The notes: generated from the letters alone by a model not told the origin. A stretch of DNA of 64,000 nucleotides from Candidatus Poseidoniaceae archaeon (GCA_028821785.1 JAPKFC010000002.1:2929-66928), one strand, 5' to 3'. Shown: positions 48,597 to 58,356, numbered from the stretch's first letter. Numbers and translations: made by a program.

Positions 48597-49643
48597 TTAA
48601 AGTTCTAATTCTTTGTAGGATGAAAGAAAATCTGATGTGGCTTGGGCGAATTCTTCCCCACTTACCTTTCCATGCATAATTGACCTTATTTTTTTAGCGC
48701 TAGGTAACCCTCTAGTAAAGGAGACTGCATGACCGCGTAGATTTTTTAAATTCAAACCAGTAGTTTCTGCTGCCAATTCGATATACCTGTCCCAACACCA
48801 TCTTCTAGTCTCAAATTGCTGACCTACTTTTGATAGAGAGTCCCAATTGCCTTCGTAGTTTTCTATCCAAGGTAATTGGTTTGCATCCATCCATCCCAAC
48901 TCTACTTTCATTTCACCAAAAATGGATGGCCGGCCAATAGCCCCTCTTCCTACCATCAATCCTGCGGCCTGTGTTTGCAATAAGCAGGCGGAAGCAGAAG
49001 CTCCGTCGACAATGTCGCCATTTGCAATTACAGGGACTTCAACCGCTTGAACTGCATTTGCAATATAATCCCAATCCGCTTCACCAGAATACCTTTGCTT
49101 GAGTGTTCTACCATGAATGCACAATCTTTGAACCCCGACATTCTCTAATTCTTTGCAAATTTCAAGTGCATTATTTTCTCCTTGCCCAGTCCCCAGTCTC
49201 ATTTTTGCAGTGACGGGGATATCAATTCTATCAACAATTTGAGAGCACATATCAACCAAACTTTCAGGATCTGCCATCAAAGCAGCCCCAGCACAAATCT
49301 TGGTTACCTTTGGTGCAGGGCAACCAAAATTCAAATCAATAATATCGGCATTATCGCTAAGCATTTCTGCAGCGCGAGCCATATCTTCAGCAACCCCTCC
49401 AAATATTTGAGGAATAAATGGGTCTTCTTCCTCACAGGTTTCCATTCTACTCCAAGACCTTGCCGCTTCACGGGTCAAAGCAGTTGAATTTGTAAATTCG
49501 GTTATAGTAAAATCAGCACCACATTCTTTGGCTAATAGGCGAAATGGTAAATCGGTGACTCCAGCCATTGGTGCAAGAAATAGAGGACGAGCCTCACCAT
49601 CCCATTCACCAGGCTTGGCTGAAATATATTGGCTCATGTTCAT
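48597..49643 (-). CDS. dus: tRNA-dihydrouridine synthase (Dus family, FMN TIM barrel)
   Basis: LAPMAGVTDLPFRLL...DLNFGCP...IPVTAKMRLG are Dus motifs. Confidence 0.8.
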   Translation of the reverse strand: MNMSQYISAKPGEWDGEARPLFLAPMAGVTDLPFRLLAKECGADFTITEFTNSTALTREAARSWSRMETCEEEDPFIPQIFGGVAEDMARAAEMLSDNADIIDLNFGCPAPKVTKICAGAALMADPESLVDMCSQIVDRIDIPVTAKMRLGTGQGENNALEICKELENVGVQRLCIHGRTLKQRYSGEADWDYIANAVQAVEVPVIANGDIVDGASASACLLQTQAAGLMVGRGAIGRPSIFGEMKVELGWMDANQLPWIENYEGNWDSLSKVGQQFETRRWCWDRYIELAAETTGLNLKNLRGHAVSFTRGLPSAKKIRSIMHGKVSGEEFAQATSDFLSSYKELEL

Positions 49644-49659
49644 CCCTCAGTATTTACGC

Positions 49660-50766
49660 TCAATTTTGAGCAGATTCAAGAAGTTCTGCAACACGGCGCA
49701 TGCGTCGTAATACCTTGTCTAATCGTTCGTTTACACGTCGGGTTACATCTTCGGCAGTTTCCCCGCTAAGACGGTGACCTAAAGGCAAACGTCCACCTAA
49801 CAGGTTAAGCAGTAACATCTGTTGTTTGGAATTTACATCTTTTAATAACGATTCGACATCTCCAACCTTCAATTTCCCTTTCTTTAGTTTTTGAATCAAC
49901 TTTGATTGTTGAGTTTCATTCAGTATGCGATTAAATCCGCCCTTCTTTAGCATCCAATCTTCTCCACGGCGCTGATATTGAGCCACCATCGCTGACCACA
50001 ATGAGATTGAAAGACGATCTGTCCTTGCTACACGCTCTACCATTCCTGATGCTCTAAAGCGCTCTAGGATGCGTCCGATACGAGGCTTGGGTCCATCGAG
50101 TAATTGCGCTGCTTCATCAAGAGATAACGGTGCATTTCGACTTATTAGAATTTCAAATAATTTACAAGACAAGGAATCGGCTTCGGATTCTTTTCCAGGT
50201 CTTTCTCCAAGAAGTCCAAAATCACCAAGCCACTGTGAGAGTAGACTTTCACTGGTTTGTGGAGTAAGTGGCCTATGGTCAACAATTCCAAGGCATAACA
50301 ACGGAGTATCTTCTTCAGGTAATTCAAGTGCTAAGCGGCAATCAGTACGGGTCCAATTTGTTTGAAGAAGAGACATTCTTTGATCAATAATTATTTTGCA
50401 TTGAACCGAGAATAATTCAACAGCGTTCGAAATGCTGCCTCCGCGCAGGTAATATCTTCTCCATCCCTTTCCCTCATTGGTGTAGCTAATTATTCCCGCT
50501 TCCACTAGGCGAGTCAAATGGTGATTCAGTGATGCAGGGGTCAGTGCGAGTTCATCGGCTAGCATCTGTGCATCCCAGCCTATTTCAGGGGATGCGAGAA
50601 TATGGTCGCGAAGTAATCTATGAACTGGATTCGCCATGCCATAATCAGCCATTGCATCGCCTTTTTTTCGTACTAAGCAAAGCGTATCTGTAAACCAAGT
50701 GACCAAACTATCAACATCTCTGTCACTTGTTGGTAACGCGACTTCTTGTAATCGTACACTGAACAT
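49660..50766 (-). CDS. winged-helix transcriptional regulator (two wHTH-like regions)
   Basis: MLADELALTPASLNHHLTRLVEAGIISY is an HTH. The rest is unassigned. Confidence 0.45.
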   Translation of the reverse strand: MFSVRLQEVALPTSDRDVDSLVTWFTDTLCLVRKKGDAMADYGMANPVHRLLRDHILASPEIGWDAQMLADELALTPASLNHHLTRLVEAGIISYTNEGKGWRRYYLRGGSISNAVELFSVQCKIIIDQRMSLLQTNWTRTDCRLALELPEEDTPLLCLGIVDHRPLTPQTSESLLSQWLGDFGLLGERPGKESEADSLSCKLFEILISRNAPLSLDEAAQLLDGPKPRIGRILERFRASGMVERVARTDRLSISLWSAMVAQYQRRGEDWMLKKGGFNRILNETQQSKLIQKLKKGKLKVGDVESLLKDVNSKQQMLLLNLLGGRLPLGHRLSGETAEDVTRRVNERLDKVLRRMRRVAELLESAQN

Positions 50767-50851
50767 TAATCTCTACCAAAGGGAAGTGGTGGCCAAGAGT
50801 CTTTGAAGACTTTGTATCAATTGCTTGTCAAGAAGCGTTTATTGAATAAAG

Positions 50852-51520
50852 TTAGTCGCGGCGTTGGTCGTCCCAATCATAATCAACAGCCACTGTGCCA
50901 TGCCAAGTCATATCCATATTGATGTGAGGCATTAATTCAACTCTATCTTCGCGCAGGATACCTCTTCTTCTCAGTACCTTGACGGCAGAATGAATAGTTG
51001 CTCTTGAACGGCCGATACGACGCGCTAATTCAGCCTGAGAGCGAGGAATTCCCTCCTTGTCAACATTTTCAAGAATCAATCTTTGTACTAATGACAAACC
51101 GATTGGTAGTGCATTTGCTGCAGCTTGATCGCCTATATTCATGCTTCTCAATTCTTCAATCTGACTCGGTGCACCTGCAAAATAACAAGTTCTCCCATTT
51201 ACTGGCATGACAACCACACTTTTACGCGTTTGTAATACATCAAGGTGATGGCGCAGAGTTCCATTTGCAGCATTCAATACAGTTTGTAATTCACGATAAC
51301 ATAAACCAGGGTTTGTTTCTAATGCAGCGAGAATTCTTTGACGTTGTGGATGATCATGCTGGTGTTTCGATTTACTTGAAACTCCACCGAGAGTAATAGC
51401 TCCAATAGCCCCTGCAGCAGCGACCATACCACCTGCTATACCAGCCAAACCTCCAGTTGCACCGAGTAGCCCAGCAGCCAACCAAGGACGCTGACGAACC
51501 CACTGCGATAGGAGAGGCAT
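50852..51520 (-). CDS. membrane-anchored winged-helix (ArsR-like) transcriptional regulator
   Basis: N-terminal Gly/Ala-rich TM segment (LAAGLLGATGGLAGIAGGMVAAAGAIGAITLGG), then CYRELQTVLNAANGTLRHHLDVLQ and SQAELARRIGRSRATIHSAVKVLRRRG HTHs. Confidence 0.45.
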   Translation of the reverse strand: MPLLSQWVRQRPWLAAGLLGATGGLAGIAGGMVAAAGAIGAITLGGVSSKSKHQHDHPQRQRILAALETNPGLCYRELQTVLNAANGTLRHHLDVLQTRKSVVVMPVNGRTCYFAGAPSQIEELRSMNIGDQAAANALPIGLSLVQRLILENVDKEGIPRSQAELARRIGRSRATIHSAVKVLRRRGILREDRVELMPHINMDMTWHGTVAVDYDWDDQRRD

Positions 51521-51577
51521 ACATCCGGGTTGGACTCTTCCCTTCTTAATCCATTGGAGTGTTGTTCAAACAACAAT

Positions 51578-52048
51578 TCAGTTTTCACTGCGAACAGAAT
51601 TCTTTTGAATTTTCAAGTGAGCTACTAATGGTGAAAGCAATCTTCCACAGGTACGTCCATGTTCTGATAGAATGTATGAGACACGGATTGGTGGGCCTTC
51701 ATCAACTTCGCGAATAACCAATCCTTCTTCGACTAGGAAACGCAATTTGTCACTTAATGTTCTAGAAGATATGCCGGATAGCATTCCTTTCATTTCATTG
51801 AATCTACGAGGTCCTGCAATGTATAGTGTTGAAAGTATTTCGATTGTCCAACGAGAACCAAATACGTGTAATGCTTCAACTGCTGCTTGAACTTCCCAAG
51901 TTGTATCCCAAGGTCCTTTGTTGGAATGATTTGCAAGAATATCTCTAATGTTACTACCGCTTTTTATTGTTTTATCAATATGATTTTGAATAGCCTCAAA
52001 GGAGTCCTTTGGTATAGTGAGTGCAGGTTCTGGCATAGTTGTCCCCAA
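51578..52048 (-). CDS. HxlR-family (MarR-like) wHTH transcriptional regulator
   Basis: WTIEILSTLYIAGPRRFNEMKGMLSGISSRTLSDKLRFLVEEGLVIREV matches the HxlR signature. Confidence 0.7.
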   Translation of the reverse strand: MGTTMPEPALTIPKDSFEAIQNHIDKTIKSGSNIRDILANHSNKGPWDTTWEVQAAVEALHVFGSRWTIEILSTLYIAGPRRFNEMKGMLSGISSRTLSDKLRFLVEEGLVIREVDEGPPIRVSYILSEHGRTCGRLLSPLVAHLKIQKNSVRSEN

Positions 52049-52188
52049 ACATCCGGTTAGCCATTACTACTTAATTTCTTTTCTACACCGAGTATGAGAG
52101 TAGTTACTGATTGTTGTTGGCGTGATTGATAATTTGAATTACAAATTAAACAAAAGCGAACAAATCCGACTTATCCTTCAAAGAGGGG

Positions 52189-53370
52189 ATGGTGCTACGG
52201 GTTGTTATGGTCAAGTCGGTTATACTCGCTCGTGGAGGTGTGCTTGGCCGTAACACAGGCTTAGGTGGAGCACATCACAATTTGTTAGTCGCTCTCAAAA
52301 ATGGTGACATCCGAGGTTACCAACTGGGTGCTACATGCGAGTATGATTTAGCATTAAAAACAAATCCAGTCAAGCGTTTATTGATGCGCTGGTGGTCACA
52401 TCCAAGGGTTGTAAAAAGATTCGTAAAATCTTCCACAACTTCTGGCAATTGTGATATTTTACATATTACTGATCAAGAACAGGCTCATTTAGTTCCAAAA
52501 AACTGTAAAGTCCCAGTAGTGGTAACAGTTCATGATCTGTTTCATTTATTCCCTAAACAAGTTAAAATCGGTCAAGAGACAATACAAGTGGGCGAGGCAA
52601 AGCCACCAAGCTATCGCTCAAGAGATTTGAACAAACTAAAAAGTGGATTGATGAGAGCAGATCTCTTAGTTTGTGATTCAAGAGCGACTTTATCTGATTG
52701 CAAAAAATATTTTCCAAATGTCAAAAGTATCTGTATCCCGCTTGGACTTGACATCGATTCCTTTGCAAATTTTGCTCAAACAGATTCACAAGTCATAGGT
52801 CCAGCGCAAAATTTGCCCGAAGGTTGTAATCTCCTAATCGTTGGTAGTCATGACCCGAGAAAGAGATTAAAATTCATTTGCGAGGTATTGGGTGGGTTGG
52901 ACGATTCAATAAAAAATGAAATTCACATTCACCATGTCGGTAATGCTGAATGCCCATATGGTGGCCCATCTACACAGCAACTAGCAAAACAAAACAATGT
53001 TCAAAATTGGTATGGTGTTGGAACTAATCTCAGTCATCAAGAACTGATGTGGATGCGAATCAAATCAGATGCACTATTATTTCCTTCAGGTAGTGAGGGA
53101 TTTGGCTATCCTCCTCTAGAATCAATGGCCTGTGGAACAAAAGTTCTTTGTTCAAATCTTGCTAGCCATAATGAACTGATGCCCGATAATTCTTGTATTG
53201 AGGCAGATGATATCGCTGCATGGAGAAAGGCTATTGTTGAAATTCATTCACAATGGAAGCAATCCGACGGACCGATTGCAGCAGATCAAGAATTGATTAA
53301 ACATTCACGTAATTTCAGCATGAGTACCTTCAATGAAAGAATGGCTGAAGCCTATTCGATGATGGAATGA
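52189..53370 (+). CDS. glycosyltransferase family 4 (GT-B, retaining)
   Basis: The EX7E region FPSGSEGFGYPPLESMACGTKV, and an N-terminal ILARGGV...GG. Confidence 0.75.
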   Translation: MVLRVVMVKSVILARGGVLGRNTGLGGAHHNLLVALKNGDIRGYQLGATCEYDLALKTNPVKRLLMRWWSHPRVVKRFVKSSTTSGNCDILHITDQEQAHLVPKNCKVPVVVTVHDLFHLFPKQVKIGQETIQVGEAKPPSYRSRDLNKLKSGLMRADLLVCDSRATLSDCKKYFPNVKSICIPLGLDIDSFANFAQTDSQVIGPAQNLPEGCNLLIVGSHDPRKRLKFICEVLGGLDDSIKNEIHIHHVGNAECPYGGPSTQQLAKQNNVQNWYGVGTNLSHQELMWMRIKSDALLFPSGSEGFGYPPLESMACGTKVLCSNLASHNELMPDNSCIEADDIAAWRKAIVEIHSQWKQSDGPIAADQELIKHSRNFSMSTFNERMAEAYSMME

Positions 53371-53433
53371 CAACAACTGGCTTGGAATAATTAGAGCGAT
53401 TTGTTCTTGAACAGGTGGTTAGTGGGCGGTAAT

Positions 53434-55503
53434 ATGCAACCTATTCAGAGTGTGGCAATTGTCGGTGCAGGAAACATGGGGTCTGGGATTGCGCAAAAAA
53501 CAGCGCAAGAAGAATTCGATGTTCAAATGGTAGACAGAGAGCAACAATGGGTTGACAGAGGACAAGACATTATCGCAACTTTTCTTGATGAGGCCGTAGA
53601 ACGCCGAATCTTTAGAGAAGCACAGGTTGAAGCGATAAAAGGTAGAATCACTGGTGTTGTCGGTGTTGAAAATACCGCAACTGATACCGATTTGGTAATA
53701 GAAGCAGTGTTCGAAGATTTTGATGTTAAAACTGCGGTTTTTGAAACATTGAATTCTGCCTGTGGCGACAATACAATATTCGCATCCAATACTTCTTCAT
53801 TATCGGTAAATGAGTTGGCAAAATCATCTGGAAGAGCGGATAAATTCGTAGGACTCCACTTCTTTTTCCATCCTGCAAAAAATCGTCTAATAGAAGTAAT
53901 TCCTGCAAAATCATCATCTGCTCAAACCATTGAAAAAGTTGTTCAATATTGTAAGATGTTAGGCAAGGTTGTCATCGTCTGTGCAGACCGTCCCGGCTTC
54001 GTCGTCAACCGTTTCTTTGTACCATGGCTAAATGAGGCTTGTTTGCTATTAGAGGAAGGGATTGCGTCTTCAGCCCAAATCGATGCGATTTCCCGTAAAG
54101 CATTCTCGATTGGATTAGGTCCATTTGGATTAATGAATTTAACAGGTCCACCGATCGCATTACATTCAACAGATTATTTGTCTCAACAATTGAAAACTCC
54201 TCGTTATCATGGTGCTCAAAATCTAAGAGATTTGGTAGCAGAAAATAAAATGTGGGAGATTTCTCAAGATGAACAATACGATGAGTCTCAATACAAAATA
54301 ATTTCAGAGCGATTGCTCGGAGTTGTTTTCGGAGTGGCTGCGCAAATAGTTGACGAGGAAATCTGCACCATGGAAGACGTTGACCGCGGTGCAAAAGTAG
54401 GGCTTCGTTGGGCTCGTGGCCCATTTGAATTAATGAATAAGGTCGGTCTAGAAAATGCTCACAGAATGGCCAACCAGTATGCAGAATTGGCTAACGGTGG
54501 TTGGGAAGTACCAGAAAACCTTAGCAACCAAGGAAATGCAGATTGGCATTTCAAGGTTGTAGATACTTCAATCGACAATGGTATTGCTACGATTACGATT
54601 AATCGCCCTGAAGCAATGAATGCTCTTAATGAGACGGTAATGGCTCAATTGGGCAGTGCATTGGATGATGTAAATTCAGATGCATCTGTGTCAACCATAG
54701 TGCTAGATGGCGCTGGTAAGGCCTTTGTTGCAGGAGCAGATGTCAAGTTCTTCGTTGACAAAATCCGTGCTGATTCAATCAGTGATATTTACGACTTCAC
54801 AGCATTCGGGCATCAAGTTCTAGACAAATTGGAATCTTCTTCAAAGACGACGATTGCATTGACTACAGGGTTAGCTCTTGGCGGTGGCTTAGAACTTGCA
54901 CTCGCTTGTGATTATCGAGTTGGTACTCGCAGAACACAGTTTAGATTCCCTGAGACTTCAATCGGAATCTATCCTGGCTTAGGTGGTTCTCAAAGGCCAG
55001 CAAGAATTTGTGGTATTCCTATTGCTAGGTGGGCTGTTTTGGCAGGAAATTTCATGGATGCAAAAACAGCTAGTGATTTGGGAATGATCACCCATTTGGT
55101 TGATGTTGCAGCAGTGGACGATACTGTATTACAGATTTCAAATCAAGGAAAACCAGCCAATAAGTATCCTGGAAAAGCAGCAAATCTTCAATCACCAGTT
55201 GTTCAATTCGCTAATAATTTCTTTGCAGATGCCAATATGTCGGACATAATGAAAGGAGTCTGCCCTCAAGGTTTTGATGTTGAAGACAAATTGGTTGCTC
55301 GTCAAATGAAGAGTTTGAAATTCACAGCTCCAATCGCTTTAGCAAAAGCCAGCGAATTGATAGATGCGACTTCTTCAACTGATCTTTCAGCAGGGCTTGC
55401 TCTAGAATTAGCAGGGCTCAACGACATATTTTCAACTGCGGATTCATTAGAAGGTTTGAGTGCTCTTATAGAAGGAAGAAGACCTACTTATTCAAACCAA
55501 TAA
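53434..55503 (+). CDS. bifunctional 3-hydroxyacyl-CoA dehydrogenase (N-terminal) / enoyl-CoA hydratase (C-terminal)
   Basis: N-terminal Rossmann VAIVGAGNMGSGIAQ and HADH core. C-terminal crotonase ITINRPEAMNALN...GAGKAFVAGADV. ATG at 53434; the ORF track starts at TTG 53401. Confidence 0.8.
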   Translation: MQPIQSVAIVGAGNMGSGIAQKTAQEEFDVQMVDREQQWVDRGQDIIATFLDEAVERRIFREAQVEAIKGRITGVVGVENTATDTDLVIEAVFEDFDVKTAVFETLNSACGDNTIFASNTSSLSVNELAKSSGRADKFVGLHFFFHPAKNRLIEVIPAKSSSAQTIEKVVQYCKMLGKVVIVCADRPGFVVNRFFVPWLNEACLLLEEGIASSAQIDAISRKAFSIGLGPFGLMNLTGPPIALHSTDYLSQQLKTPRYHGAQNLRDLVAENKMWEISQDEQYDESQYKIISERLLGVVFGVAAQIVDEEICTMEDVDRGAKVGLRWARGPFELMNKVGLENAHRMANQYAELANGGWEVPENLSNQGNADWHFKVVDTSIDNGIATITINRPEAMNALNETVMAQLGSALDDVNSDASVSTIVLDGAGKAFVAGADVKFFVDKIRADSISDIYDFTAFGHQVLDKLESSSKTTIALTTGLALGGGLELALACDYRVGTRRTQFRFPETSIGIYPGLGGSQRPARICGIPIARWAVLAGNFMDAKTASDLGMITHLVDVAAVDDTVLQISNQGKPANKYPGKAANLQSPVVQFANNFFADANMSDIMKGVCPQGFDVEDKLVARQMKSLKFTAPIALAKASELIDATSSTDLSAGLALELAGLNDIFSTADSLEGLSALIEGRRPTYSNQ

Positions 55504-55521
55504 TCCATTGATTAAGTAAAC

Positions 55522-55758
55522 TCAAACCCACTTGCCTTGAACTGCAAGCATTCCAGTGATAAGAGCATGAACATCAATTTCTTCACCACTTTCACTGGCA
55601 AATCTGAGTCTATTTTTGATCGCATCAATCAGTTGCTCGTCAACTTCTTCATCACTAATGAAGCGAATGAATTCTTCAATAGTCTTGCCTCTGCCTAATG
55701 CAATTGCTAAACGTGCTTTTTGCTCTTCGTCTTCATCTTTAGGGTTTCTAACACTCAT
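55522..55758 (-). CDS. small acidic hypothetical protein (78 aa), terminal gene of the E1/JAB operon
   Basis: Its start overlaps the JAB stop by 4 nt. There is no C-terminal GG and no obvious beta-grasp signature. It is predicted to be helical. Confidence 0.4.
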   Translation of the reverse strand: MSVRNPKDEDEEQKARLAIALGRGKTIEEFIRFISDEEVDEQLIDAIKNRLRFASESGEEIDVHALITGMLAVQGKWV

Positions 55759-56306
55759 ACAATCACTTCACTGTTCTCTATTATTTGTTGATACCATTCA
55801 TCCCATGGAGTGACTGGTTCATCACTCCAACTTGACAAAGGTCCACTTGCATTAATTGTACTAGAGGCGTCATAATCTTTATTGAAAGCGAGATTGATTG
55901 CGACCTTTGGACCTGGTGCGCCAAGTACGATTGCTTGACGAAGGATTCCACTTCCAATCGCTAAACTATTGGTGTCGGTAGCACTCCAGTATGCAGCAAA
56001 CCCTGGGTGAGTATGAACCCATGTTTTGAAGGGCATTCTAGCACCAACTGGAGGTTTTAATGGTACTCTGCCAGAAGTTCCCCAGTCAATGAATACCTCA
56101 TCATCTGCATCGATAAGAACTGATGTCTCAAGACCTGCTAACAATGATATTGCATAAACAGCATCCCATCTTCCAGCCAAAGCACTATCGCTTTGGAAAT
56201 CGAGCAAAAGGGGTGAATTAACTTGCTTATTTTCAGCAAGATCACAGATATGTTCCCATGTTTCCCTATTTTCACACAATTGTTCAATTCCTGGAATATA
56301 AATCAT
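55755..56306 (-). CDS. JAB/MPN+ (JAMM) metalloprotease-domain protein
   Basis: An exact JAMM motif, HTHPGFAAYWSATD (H-x-H-x7-S-x2-D), with an upstream acidic DDEVF. It overlaps both neighbouring genes by 4 nt. Confidence 0.65.
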   Translation of the reverse strand: MIYIPGIEQLCENRETWEHICDLAENKQVNSPLLLDFQSDSALAGRWDAVYAISLLAGLETSVLIDADDEVFIDWGTSGRVPLKPPVGARMPFKTWVHTHPGFAAYWSATDTNSLAIGSGILRQAIVLGAPGPKVAINLAFNKDYDASSTINASGPLSSWSDEPVTPWDEWYQQIIENSEVIV

Positions 56307-56941
56307 TCATTCACCTCCGGAAAGTGCATTTGACCATAGGTTATGCTGGCCATACTCTGTACTGGTGTAGGTTTGCCACGTAATTGCTGTAGAGCCCACT
56401 GTGCACCGAAAGCAGCAGCGTTGAGGAAGCCGAATTCTAGATTCCCAGATTCAAGAGCACCCTCATGTTGGCATGATTTAGCAGGATGATCTGGAGTCAT
56501 AGCTTCAACCAATGCATTTTGACTATCGCTTGTCATTACTAGGTGACCATCTCCACCACAGCGTAAATCAGCCCAAGGAACTTGTAACTGGTGAATTAGA
56601 CGTCTTGGTTCAGGTCTATCGACGCAAACTATGACTAAATCAGCATCCTTTAGTTGCTCTGAGTAGCGCAAGTCCTCTGCGATTGCTCTAACGGTTACAC
56701 TTGATTCGCCGTTAGTAATATGGCGTTGAGCTAAAGCGTCAACCTTTGCTTCACCAATATCGTTACTGGTAAATCGTTGATGTCCTAAATTGGTTGCTTC
56801 AACCAAGTCTCCATCCATGATTATTATTTGACAATTAATTCCTATTCTTCTCAGTGCAGGGGTCAAGACATCAACAAGTGTAGAACCTATTCCTCCAGCA
56901 CCGATAATCAGTAGTGTTTTGCTATCCGCAATTTCCTTCAT
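56303..56941 (-). CDS. minimal E1-like adenylyltransferase (ThiF/MoeB/HesA family)
   Basis: Rossmann LLIIGAGGIGS, MDGDLVEATNLGHQRF (the D-x-D-x-E-x-N-L-x-R-Q E1 motif), DADLVIVCVD and downstream Cys residues. The likely start is the internal MKEIADSK; the ORF track extends it to 57019, overlapping GT4. Confidence 0.7.
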   Translation of the reverse strand: MKEIADSKTLLIIGAGGIGSTLVDVLTPALRRIGINCQIIIMDGDLVEATNLGHQRFTSNDIGEAKVDALAQRHITNGESSVTVRAIAEDLRYSEQLKDADLVIVCVDRPEPRRLIHQLQVPWADLRCGGDGHLVMTSDSQNALVEAMTPDHPAKSCQHEGALESGNLEFGFLNAAAFGAQWALQQLRGKPTPVQSMASITYGQMHFPEVNE

Positions 56942-56997
56942 ACAATAATAATTGATTGAGGACATATAAAGAATTGAACAAGATAGCAATGTCTCGG

Positions 56998-58356
56998 TTA
57001 CTGAGCACTCTTGATACATTCTAGGAGCAAGTTTTCAAGCGCACTCATTTGAACATCGATTGTAAAATTTTCTTCAACATATTTGCGTCCACTTTCAGCC
57101 CATAATTTGCGAGTATCTTCATCTTGGGATAAGCGATAAGCCTCCTCCCACAATTCATAATCTTCTCGTGAAATTAACATTCCACAATCAGCATTCTTCA
57201 TCGTGTAATGGAATCCACCTTCATCGACCATCAATGCTGGAACTCCAATTGCCATCGCCTCTAATGGAGTCAATCCGAACGGTTCGCCATGTGCGTGGCT
57301 AACCATGGCCACAGAGCCTCTAATCACGGCTCTAAGCGCTGACTGACTTAGTCTTGGCATACAATAAACATCAACGCCCAAGGAACTTCCATGAGCCAGT
57401 ATTTTTTCTTTATCACCCTTTTCTCCACCACCGATTTGAAGCAATGAAAGTCCAGTTCCTTGCAAGGATTGAACCGTCTCCCATGCACCCTTTACAAAGG
57501 ATAATTTACCAATAGTTACAACATATTGATCCGGTAATTTCTTTGCTTTAGATAGATTCTTTTCCGCCCTAATAAGCGCTTGTTGAATTTCATCAGCAGC
57601 ATCATTCTCTTCAGAGTCTGCAAGTTGTGGCCATAAATCCCAATCCAAAACATGCATTAAATGCGTGGCTTCAAGCAATTGACCTTTGCTATTGCGGCGT
57701 GGAGCAGAACCATTACTCTTATTTTCATCACAAGCTAAATCGTAAATCTCTCTCAATTGCTTTTGAATCCACATTGAATTTCCAGAAATAGCCGAACCCT
57801 TCATCGCAGTTAAGCGGCGAACTAGTTTTTGGTCAACTCTACGTTGATTCGCAAAAATCATATTGGTTAGCCACAACGGTCTTTTTAATTTACCATCCAA
57901 GTGTCGATGAAGAACATCTTCATACAACCAGCGCGGTGGTTCAAGACAATGATAGTGCAATCCTTTACCAGTGAGAGTTTTATCCGAAACAGAATTTAGG
58001 ATTTCTAATGTTCCGCGGCAAACTGAAAAGTGTATGGCATCATATTGTGACCAATCAATTTTCATATTTTTCCATTGTTTAGTGGCTGCAGAGCTTTGTC
58101 CTGCAGTAATTTCAGTGATTGCACCTTGAGGCCAGGAGAAAGGCTTCTTTGGTTGTATGATTTCAATATCACAATCACCTAACAATTCCTTTGCTTGTTG
58201 TGGAAATTGAAGGGTTGCGAGACTGACTTGCCATCTATTGGAGGCATGACGAAGTAATTGCAATAATTCTCGTTCAGCCCCGCCCAGAGTATTGAAAGAA
58301 CCTCTTACAATCAAAACGCGCAAAGGAGAATCAGCAACATCAGTCTCCTCAGCCAT
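56998..58356 (-). CDS. glycosyltransferase family 4 (GT-B)
   Basis: The EX7E region EPFGLTPLEAMAIGVPALMVDEGG. Confidence 0.7.
   Translation of the reverse strand: MAEETDVADSPLRVLIVRGSFNTLGGAERELLQLLRHASNRWQVSLATLQFPQQAKELLGDCDIEIIQPKKPFSWPQGAITEITAGQSSAATKQWKNMKIDWSQYDAIHFSVCRGTLEILNSVSDKTLTGKGLHYHCLEPPRWLYEDVLHRHLDGKLKRPLWLTNMIFANQRRVDQKLVRRLTAMKGSAISGNSMWIQKQLREIYDLACDENKSNGSAPRRNSKGQLLEATHLMHVLDWDLWPQLADSEENDAADEIQQALIRAEKNLSKAKKLPDQYVVTIGKLSFVKGAWETVQSLQGTGLSLLQIGGGEKGDKEKILAHGSSLGVDVYCMPRLSQSALRAVIRGSVAMVSHAHGEPFGLTPLEAMAIGVPALMVDEGGFHYTMKNADCGMLISREDYELWEEAYRLSQDEDTRKLWAESGRKYVEENFTIDVQMSALENLLLECIKSAQ

Noticed and set aside
55522-55758. Calling the 78-aa protein a ubiquitin-like modifier
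   Set aside because: There is no C-terminal Gly-Gly and the composition looks helical. It is kept as a hypothetical protein pending structure prediction.
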